Origin: Candidatus Aenigmatarchaeota archaeon
GTDB taxonomy: Archaea; EX4484-52
DNA: 15,455 nucleotides
Direction of reading: 5' to 3'
Assembly: GCA_023137195.1 (NCBI GenBank)
Contig: JAGLPV010000043.1
Coordinates: 1 to 15,455 of the forward strand
Shown here in pieces: positions 8,673-15,455 of this stretch. A program made the position numbers and the translations under genes. The notes beneath the pieces are model-generated. The model had not been told where the DNA came from, did no database searches, and saw only the letters and a program-made list of their open reading frames with translations. Every line of letters begins with the position of its first letter. The stretch's first letter is position 1.

Positions 8673-9341
8673 ATGATTGAAGCAAAAAATTTAATAAAAA
8701 CATATCATATGGGATCAATTAAACTAGATGCACTAAAAAACGTTTCTCTAAACATAAAAAAAGGAGAGTTTGTATTTATCATGGGTCCATCAGGAAGTGG
8801 AAAATCAACTCTACTACATCAACTGGCTTTACTGGATGAACCAACATCAGGCAAAATTATAATTGAAGAAATAGACACAGCAACCCTTTCTGACATGCAA
8901 AAAACAAAATTCCGACTAAACAAACTGGGCTATGTATTCCAGGAATATGCAATATTAAAAGAACTGACTGCCCTCGAAAATGTCTATCTCCCTGCAATGA
9001 CAGCCGGAGCCGACAAGTCCCAATACATAAAAAGAGGTCTAAAACTACTAGAAACGGTAGGGCTAAAAAACCGCTCAAATCACCTGCCATCAGAACTATC
9101 CGGCGGACAACAGCAAAGAGTAGCAATTGCAAGAGCACTGGTAAACAAACCAAAACTCCTTTTCGCAGATGAACCCTGCGCAAACTTAGACACAGAATCT
9201 TCAAAATCAATCCTGGAATTGTTTGTAAAACTAAACAAAGAATCAGACCAGACAATAGTAATGGTCACGCACGAGGAATGGCACAAAAAATACGCCCAGA
9301 GAATCATTTACCTAAAGGACGGGATAATCGAATCACCATAA
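8673..9341 (+). CDS. ABC transporter ATP-binding protein, LolD/MacB family
   Basis: Walker A GPSGSGKST, Q-loop GYVFQ, signature LSGGQQQRVAIARAL, Walker B LFADEP, H-loop VTHE. Confidence 0.95.
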   Translation: MIEAKNLIKTYHMGSIKLDALKNVSLNIKKGEFVFIMGPSGSGKSTLLHQLALLDEPTSGKIIIEEIDTATLSDMQKTKFRLNKLGYVFQEYAILKELTALENVYLPAMTAGADKSQYIKRGLKLLETVGLKNRSNHLPSELSGGQQQRVAIARALVNKPKLLFADEPCANLDTESSKSILELFVKLNKESDQTIVMVTHEEWHKKYAQRIIYLKDGIIESP

Positions 9342-9376
9342 TATAACAATTGTGAAAATTAACAGGATATAAGAAT

Positions 9377-9576
9377 ATGGGAAAATCTCCATGATTTTAT
9401 GCCTATTGGTCAAAGACCAATAACTCAAAGATTTCCACACATTCAACTTTGTTGAATGACACATAGATGCGAAAAAAGCGAAGCTTTTTTGCATATTCGA
9501 TTTCATCGAATAACCCACGGAAAACGAGTTATTTTCTTCTCCTATGTTCCTGTGTCTTCCGTGCGTTCCGTGGATT
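9377..9576 (+). repeat. Structured dispersed repeat, copy B (five hairpins plus inverted CCACGGA-type units)
   Basis: Hairpins at 9382-9398, 9404-9422, 9440-9458, 9467-9494 and 9494-9512. Long-range complements CCACGGAA (9515-9522)/TTCCGTGG (9566-9573) and AATAACTC (9419-9426)/GAGTTATT (9526-9533). Homologous to 2282-2358. Confidence 0.85.
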
Positions 9577-10810
9577 ATAAATATCTCTTCGCACTATCCA
9601 ACTTATTTTTTTTGGAAAAATCATATTGCGGTGGCTTTCTTGCAAAACATGTCCCTAGTGCCTCATGAACAGCAACCTGACTCAAATCAACTGTATTTTG
9701 CTCAATTGCCTTCCCTGTATCCATATACTCAATAACGCCATTCCTTATTCCAGTAACAGTCACTCCAGAAACGCCCTGCTTTAATAACATCACCGCACCT
9801 GCCCCGGCTTCCTTACCGAAATTCACATCATATCCTGAAGAATCTCCGCACCGCACTAAATGAGTTGGTCTTATCATCCGAACTTCCGGTATCTCATACT
9901 GATTAGGAACATACATATTCACTTCTTTCATAAATGTCTTCATCCGACTGTCTTTCTTCATCCTTTTCTTCAATTCAGATTCAATCATTTTTCCAGCACC
10001 CATAAGAGGATAATGCCCAAATGCATCCGGCTCCTTTGTCTTATCCACAAGATACCCTCTTTCATCCACCTTATCTTTCTGGGTACTCTTCAGGGCCTCA
10101 GATGTAATAATCAAATAAGTACCTGCCTTAACATCAGAATTTTTTATTCTCAAAGTATACTTAGCAAACAAATCATCGTAAACAACATCAAAATCAGGGA
10201 CAATTTCCGGTATAATAATACAATCCGCATCAGCAGCTATCCCGCCACGAAAAGCAGCATGCCCCGTATATCTACCATAAACTTCCAGCACCATTATCCT
10301 GTTATGACTCCGTGCCGTAGTCCTAAGGTTCCCTGCCATCTTTGAAATAGAATTTATTGTAGAATCCCCACCTACGCTGTATGGCTGTAAATCCATATCC
10401 ATTGTTTTGGGAGCATGATTCACCAGAATCCCTTCATTCAACAAATCTACAGCAACAGACCCGGTATCATCTCCGCCACTGACCACAAGAGCATCAATAG
10501 AATGCTTCTTCAACCCTTCCTTTATCCTCTCATACTTATTCTCATCCTTTATCTTTGAAATTTTCACTCTCGAATGTCCTGCCTCAGACCCGGCAATATT
10601 TGAATGAAAAAGACCTGCACGAATATAGTCCAGACTAATAAGTTCTCCCGCACTAAAATCAACCAGATTATACAACCCTGCATAACCATTAGGAATAACA
10701 ACAGTTTCTATATCATAATGATTCGCCATCCCACTAACACCTTTAATGACTGCATTCAATCCACCGCAGTCACCACCGCTTGTAATTACTCCAATCTTTT
10801 TAATCTCCAT
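9575..10810 (-). CDS. pfp: PfkA-family 6-phosphofructokinase, predicted pyrophosphate-dependent
   Basis: TSGGDCGGLNAVI. GGDDT has Asp at the position that is Gly in ATP-PFK. PKTMDMD has Lys at the PPi-type position. Also RTTARSHNRIMVLEVYGR and DAFGH. Confidence 0.88.
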   Translation of the reverse strand: MEIKKIGVITSGGDCGGLNAVIKGVSGMANHYDIETVVIPNGYAGLYNLVDFSAGELISLDYIRAGLFHSNIAGSEAGHSRVKISKIKDENKYERIKEGLKKHSIDALVVSGGDDTGSVAVDLLNEGILVNHAPKTMDMDLQPYSVGGDSTINSISKMAGNLRTTARSHNRIMVLEVYGRYTGHAAFRGGIAADADCIIIPEIVPDFDVVYDDLFAKYTLRIKNSDVKAGTYLIITSEALKSTQKDKVDERGYLVDKTKEPDAFGHYPLMGAGKMIESELKKRMKKDSRMKTFMKEVNMYVPNQYEIPEVRMIRPTHLVRCGDSSGYDVNFGKEAGAGAVMLLKQGVSGVTVTGIRNGVIEYMDTGKAIEQNTVDLSQVAVHEALGTCFARKPPQYDFSKKNKLDSAKRYL

Positions 10811-10817
10811 AATAACA

Positions 10818-11804
10818 TCATGGCACTTTTATCGCATTAAGTATTTTCTCTATCAACTCATCTGTCTTAACTTCCTCTGCCTCTGCCTCATAACTAAGTA
10901 TTATCCTGTGCCTTAAAACCTCCTTTGCAATCGCACAAACATCTTCCGGTATAACATACCCTCTACCACAAAGCAAAGCATTTGCCTTTGCCCCGGATGC
11001 CAGATAAATAGAAGCCCTAGGAGATGCACCAAACTCAATCACACTTTCTACATCAACCCCATACTTTTTTGGATTTCTGGTAGCATCAACAATTTCAGTA
11101 ATATAATTAATTATAGACTCATCCAAATAAATTGTCTTTGCAAATTTCTGTATCTGGAGCAGTTCTTTAATTGTCGCAACCTTTTTGCATTCGGGTATTT
11201 GCGGAGCGCACATCCTGCGGATTATCTCCTTCTCATCCTCCCTGCCCGTGTAATCCACCATTAGTTTAAACATAAACCTATCTACCTCTGCCTCAGGAAG
11301 CACATAAGTCCCCTGACTCTCGATAGGATTTTGCGTCGCAAGAACCAAAAACAATTCGGGCAAGGCAAGAGTTTTCTTGGATATTGTAATCTGCTTCTCC
11401 TGCATCGCCTCTAACAACGCCGACTGCACCTTGGGCGGCGCCCTGTTAATCTCATCTGCCAGAACAAAATTGGCAAACACCGGTCCTTTCTCCACACTGA
11501 ATGTAGCTGTTTTCTGATTGTAGATGGAAGTCCCTACTATATCTGCCGGAAGCAAATCCGGCGTAAACTGTATCCTGCAAAAATCCCCGTCAACAGCATC
11601 AGAAAGTGTCTTTACAATCATTGTCTTTGCAAGACCGGGAACCCCTTCAAGAAGAACATGTCCTCCCGCGGAAATAGCAACAATTATTTTCTTAATCAAA
11701 TCATCCTGACCAACTATAACTTTAGAAATCTCCTCGGTTATCCCGTTAATCTCTTCACTGTATATTTGCGCCTGCTTGTTCAGTTTCTTGATTTTCTCAT
11801 CCAT
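10818..11804 (-). CDS. moxR: MoxR-family AAA+ ATPase
   Basis: HVLLEGVPGLAKT, RIQFTPDLLPADI, LADEINRAPPKVQSALLEAMQE, ATQNPIE, GASPRA, VLRHR. Confidence 0.95.
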   Translation of the reverse strand: MDEKIKKLNKQAQIYSEEINGITEEISKVIVGQDDLIKKIIVAISAGGHVLLEGVPGLAKTMIVKTLSDAVDGDFCRIQFTPDLLPADIVGTSIYNQKTATFSVEKGPVFANFVLADEINRAPPKVQSALLEAMQEKQITISKKTLALPELFLVLATQNPIESQGTYVLPEAEVDRFMFKLMVDYTGREDEKEIIRRMCAPQIPECKKVATIKELLQIQKFAKTIYLDESIINYITEIVDATRNPKKYGVDVESVIEFGASPRASIYLASGAKANALLCGRGYVIPEDVCAIAKEVLRHRIILSYEAEAEEVKTDELIEKILNAIKVP

Positions 11805-11833
11805 GATAAAAAGAGATAATTAATCTTTTAATA

Positions 11834-13243
11834 TTATTCATCAAACAACTCTTCTTCCAGATTTATCACACTATACGCCGCTTTTGTAAGCCCCATACTT
11901 TTTCTTTCAGTATCTGTACCAACCAGATAAAGATTCTCAACAGGGGATTTTGTTTTTGGCAAAACAGTATTTATCCTTATTGCTGCCTTCTCAGGTACTT
12001 CTACTTGCTCATACTTCAATTCAACATACTCTGCAATTCCCGGGTAAACATACTCCATTGTACGGGCAAGTCTTTTTTTTGTATCGTCAACATTATCTTT
12101 CACAACAGTAGTGAACCCGACAAGCATCTTGTTCTTCGGCGCAAGTGTATTATCATAATTTGAAACAGGCATCGCCCAGAATGGCTCTTCTCCTTCAAAC
12201 CATATTTCCGAACCAGTATAATTAAAATATTTGCATGGCTTCATCCCAAGCCAAAGAGTATATGATTTGCACGGAATCAAACCAAGAAGATTCTCAATAT
12301 AGTCTCTCTCCAAAATCCCATCCTCCATCATCTCAGGCAGTTTATTCATGAACCCGGAATAGATGATTTTATCCGCAAAAAAATCTCCTTTATTTGTACT
12401 TACACCAACAGCAGAATTTCCATCGACGATTATTTTATCCACCTCGGTCTGTTTTATTATATCCACATTATTCATTACAAAAGAACAGCAGATTGCATTA
12501 ATAATTGTCTTCAGACCACCAACAGGATACCCCTGTCGTGCTTCAGAAGGATTAACAATAAGATTCTGAAAATTTTTTAAAGAAGTAATAGAACTCATTT
12601 TCTCCATTATTTTATTTTTATCTGAATGTTTTTTGTTTATTTTTTTGCTTGGAGCAAAACCACCACCCTCAATTACCCTGTTGATTGATGTTTCCTTCAT
12701 CGAAGCCCCACTCAAAAAATAGCAGATTGTATCTGCAAAAATCATTGTCTTATTAGAAAGCTTGTTTTTTACCAACGCATCATATACACTCATGTTGTTT
12801 TTTTCAGGAGATACAATATTATTAGTCAAAGCCTCTCCCATCAACTTGACCATCAACAGACGATCTTTCTTTCCCAAAAAATTTGCCCTCGCAAACCTTG
12901 TTAGATTATTTGGAACAGGCATTAAGTGCGGTCCGAATTTGCTTTTCAGCCGCATATAATAATTTCCGTGAGGAATAAATTTAATATTATAATTGCAATA
13001 TCTTTCCAATAAATTCACCAGTGGACCGCCACTCAATTCCGTAATTGCATGAGGACCGTTATCTATGCAATACCCCTTAACATCTTCTGCCTTGCACACA
13101 CCACCCAGATGATTACTCTTTTCAATCAGCAAACATTTTTTTCCTTTTTTAGAAAGCATGAGCGTTGTAAGAAGCCCGGAAACACCTGCACCAATAATTA
13201 TGTAATCGTATTTTTTGGGATTATCTGCTCTTTCTTCACTCAT
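11834..13243 (-). CDS. FAD-dependent oxidoreductase, phytoene dehydrogenase-like (COG1233)
   Basis: Rossmann motif IIIGAGVSGL...LIEKSNHLGG, DNGPH, GYPVGGLKTII, LAPKNK, C-terminal PVENLYLVG. Substrate unknown. Confidence 0.8.
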   Translation of the reverse strand: MSEERADNPKKYDYIIIGAGVSGLLTTLMLSKKGKKCLLIEKSNHLGGVCKAEDVKGYCIDNGPHAITELSGGPLVNLLERYCNYNIKFIPHGNYYMRLKSKFGPHLMPVPNNLTRFARANFLGKKDRLLMVKLMGEALTNNIVSPEKNNMSVYDALVKNKLSNKTMIFADTICYFLSGASMKETSINRVIEGGGFAPSKKINKKHSDKNKIMEKMSSITSLKNFQNLIVNPSEARQGYPVGGLKTIINAICCSFVMNNVDIIKQTEVDKIIVDGNSAVGVSTNKGDFFADKIIYSGFMNKLPEMMEDGILERDYIENLLGLIPCKSYTLWLGMKPCKYFNYTGSEIWFEGEEPFWAMPVSNYDNTLAPKNKMLVGFTTVVKDNVDDTKKRLARTMEYVYPGIAEYVELKYEQVEVPEKAAIRINTVLPKTKSPVENLYLVGTDTERKSMGLTKAAYSVINLEEELFDE

Positions 13244-13324
13244 GGTTTTATAGGTAAGAAATGTTTAAATAAAGACAAAAATAAAAACAATTGAAAATAA
13301 TAATTTAAAAAAAATTAAAATATT

Positions 13325-14824
13325 TTACAATGCAAACTGCGCATTATGGAACAATGCATCTGTTTTTTTATCCTTCTTGTATCTAAGGTAAACAACAACT
13401 GCTACGACAATAAGTAATACAAACAATATCACAAAAATCTTTCCTGTTGATTTAGAAGTTGATTGTCCATCATCCTCTGTTTGAGTTGTTTTTACCGTAT
13501 CTTGTTCCCCATCATCTGTTCCTTCTTCTTCGGCATCCTTTTGCTGGTCATCTGATGGCTGCTGTACAGTTCCATCATCTATAGTACCAGCAGCAACAGG
13601 TGTTTTTGTCCCGACCGCAAAATAACTTAAGCCCTTTGATTTTGCCTCGAAATAATAATACGTATCGTCAAAGTTGTTATAACTCGTCTCCAATTCTTCC
13701 CAAATACCATTAACATACCTCAAAAGCACAACATTGTTCTTGTCTTCACCATTTTCAGAAAGCCATGACTTTTCCACAACAAAAATAAGGGATGCCTCTG
13801 CTATATCCTCATTGCCCAAATCCCCGTGAGTTATCTCAATATATTTGTATGTCTTATCGAATGTCGGTGTAGAAACATCTGCCGGCTTGGACGAAAGTTT
13901 CCTCACGCTAAATGCTATATTTTTCATTGTTTTTGTAGCTTTTACCTGAATCTCTTTCATAAGATTTTTGCTGACATCAAATTCAAGTTTATTCATTACA
14001 TTTGCAGTAAAATTCACTGTCTTCCTTTCTGTTGTCGGCAAAGGTCCACCACCACCGGAAGACGATGAAGAACTACTACTGCTGGAAGATGAAGAATCAG
14101 GGATATCTCCCCCACAATTACCATCCTCTGTAATCGCCAGTGTCCTTGAAGTTGAACTAACCGGATCATCCGATGTCATTGTCAATGTTATGGTATTGGT
14201 TGATGCAAGATTACTATTTGCCTGAAGAGTCCATGAAGACTGACCGGCTGCAATAGAACCATAGTTTATTGACGAAGAACCCGATGTCAAAGTAAGCCCT
14301 GTCGGAACATCTAGTGAAGCCTGTATCGTCCCGGAAGGAGTCACACCAAATATCATCGAAACTACAATCAAATCCCCGTTACATACAATAGGATCATCAC
14401 CAGACAAAGATACATCCCAAACCGGAGCCTCTATTACTTCAAGTGTATCACATGTAGAATCAGTCGAAGATGTAAGACTGGTTGCAGAAGCAGTTGCGCT
14501 AAATGGATTCGTATATGTCCCGTCATTTACTGCCGTCACAGAAAAACTTGTTGACTGTGTCCCGTCCGCTGTAAAAGATATTGTCTTGACAGACGACTCG
14601 CAACTAAGTCCGCTTGAAGGATTTAGAGTTACAGTCACTTCATAACTTGTAGAATTGCTTCCTGTCATCTGCACGCTCACAGGAACAGTAAACGTAGAGC
14701 CCTTTGTAACTTCTGTACTGTATGTCCCAATAGTTGCTGTCATTGTCGCTGCTGCAAATGCACACGGCAACATCATCAGGCAAATCGTCATTATCATTGC
14801 TGTTAATATTGTTGTTGTTTTCAT
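13325..14824 (-). CDS. Membrane-anchored surface protein with PGF-pre-PGF domain
   Basis: Signal peptide; Ser/Thr-rich Ig-like N-terminal half; Ser13-Gly4 linker; PGF-pre-PGF-like domain (YKYIEI...FVVEKSWL...VVLLRYVNGIWEELET...FEAKSKGLSYFAVG); acidic linker; C-terminal TM with basic tail. SD-like GAGG upstream. Confidence 0.85.
   Translation of the reverse strand: MKTTTILTAMIMTICLMMLPCAFAAATMTATIGTYSTEVTKGSTFTVPVSVQMTGSNSTSYEVTVTLNPSSGLSCESSVKTISFTADGTQSTSFSVTAVNDGTYTNPFSATASATSLTSSTDSTCDTLEVIEAPVWDVSLSGDDPIVCNGDLIVVSMIFGVTPSGTIQASLDVPTGLTLTSGSSSINYGSIAAGQSSWTLQANSNLASTNTITLTMTSDDPVSSTSRTLAITEDGNCGGDIPDSSSSSSSSSSSSSGGGGPLPTTERKTVNFTANVMNKLEFDVSKNLMKEIQVKATKTMKNIAFSVRKLSSKPADVSTPTFDKTYKYIEITHGDLGNEDIAEASLIFVVEKSWLSENGEDKNNVVLLRYVNGIWEELETSYNNFDDTYYYFEAKSKGLSYFAVGTKTPVAAGTIDDGTVQQPSDDQQKDAEEEGTDDGEQDTVKTTQTEDDGQSTSKSTGKIFVILFVLLIVVAVVVYLRYKKDKKTDALFHNAQFAL
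14045..14095 (-). repeat. Low-complexity Ser13-Gly4 linker
   Basis: Mixed Ser codons followed by GGT GGT GGT GGA. The repeat is at protein level and is not a DNA microsatellite. Confidence 0.7.
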
Positions 14825-14838
14825 AATATTCCTCTTAT

Positions 14839-15455
14839 TTACATTCCTTCTCCTTCAGGTGGTGGTCCATCCATCATCATATCTCCCATGACAAAAAAGA
14901 ACATATCTTCTCCGCTCAATATTTCTGTCAAAAGAGAGCCTGTATTGTTCACAACCGCCCTTAAATCATACGGTCCTGCTGTCAGGTTTCCAACACCCAT
15001 ATCAATATATGCATTTCCATCTGTTAGATTGATGTATTTTGTACCCGATACATTTTCCAGCATATTTACCATTGGAGGCGGTCCAAATGTTTTCTCTCCT
15101 TCCTCGAAAGCTGAAAAGTCCATTCCCATAATCTCTGTCAGGTTGATTGTTCCTGTCACAGGGCTTCCGTCATAATTTGTTGCACTGACATAAAGAGATA
15201 GTATTGGCGTACTATCTACATCAATATCAAATTTCCTGCTGAACAGATTAACTGTCTTACTCGTCTCGTTAAAGTTCAGTACCATAAACGGCCAGTTTTC
15301 TCTGCCTATATCCATGTGTCTTGGGAAACAATTTGGACCATTACAACCAAATGGATCATCACTCTCACTAAAATCAACAGAATCGCAGACTTTTGCATTT
15401 GTAAAGCTTACCTGCCCATCCGCAGTGTCGTCATAGACCATAATATAATACTGCG
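14839..15455 (-). CDS. Hypothetical protein, C-terminal part (5' end outside window); probably an extracellular/surface protein
   Basis: The frame stays open to the window edge (..QYYIMVYDD). Acidic and beta-rich, with several N-x-S/T sequons (NET, NLT, NVS, NNT). Stop lies 14 nt before the next gene. Confidence 0.65.
   Translation of the reverse strand, partial: QYYIMVYDDTADGQVSFTNAKVCDSVDFSESDDPFGCNGPNCFPRHMDIGRENWPFMVLNFNETSKTVNLFSRKFDIDVDSTPILSLYVSATNYDGSPVTGTINLTEIMGMDFSAFEEGEKTFGPPPMVNMLENVSGTKYINLTDGNAYIDMGVGNLTAGPYDLRAVVNNTGSLLTEILSGEDMFFFVMGDMMMDGPPPEGEGM

Noticed and set aside
2285-9520. 7-kb invertible segment or composite transposon bounded by the inverted 36-nt homology
   Set aside because: No recombinase or transposase and no target-site duplication seen. 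The segment contains a core gene (aIF2-alpha), and strand skew does not visibly flip inside it. Two independent copies of a dispersed element is the simpler explanation.
9377-9574. tRNA or C/D box sRNA
   Set aside because: No T-loop (GTTCRA) in a cloverleaf context and no properly placed C (RUGAUGA) and D (CUGA) boxes.
9333-9735. Short ORFs 9333-9518(-), 9456-9668(+), 9544-9735(+)
   Set aside because: They run through the palindromic element or antisense to pfk, and have no recognisable motifs.
6981-13243. Heme pathway (HemG-like flavodoxin plus HemY-like FAD enzyme) or carotenoid pathway
   Set aside because: The genes are in different operons, no other hem or crt genes are present, and family-level motifs do not define the substrate.
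192-15175. Numerous antisense or alternative-frame ORFs in the ORF track (e.g. 904-1317, 2623-3054, 8857-9255, 9860-10345)
   Set aside because: They are shadows of well-supported genes and have no domain motifs.

Overview
This is an AT-rich archaeal chromosomal segment. Evidence: aIF2-alpha, a class III signal peptide pilin, a PGF-pre-PGF protein and BRE/TATA promoters. The bacterial-type GpmI and PPi-type PFK would fit a DPANN-like lineage, but that placement is inference only. There are 15 CDS: a pilin (-); gpmI (+); a 4xCBS plus HPF/RaiA-like putative ribosome hibernation factor tightly linked to aIF2-alpha (-); a + strand operon of COG1361-like surface protein, two ankyrin paralogs, a flavodoxin-like protein, a MacB/FtsX permease and a LolD-like ATPase; and a - strand run of a truncated hypothetical protein, a PGF-pre-PGF surface protein, an FAD oxidoreductase, MoxR and PPi-PFK. 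I saw no rRNA, tRNA, CRISPR or transposase. The main unexplained signal is non-coding. Both convergent gene junctions (2198-2357 and 9342-9574) hold related, modular, highly foldable elements. They consist of tandem 9-11 nt CCACnGA-type units in inverted arms, plus covarying 8-bp-stem/3-nt-loop palindromes and bulged hairpins, which suggests a dispersed structured ssDNA/RNA element family.
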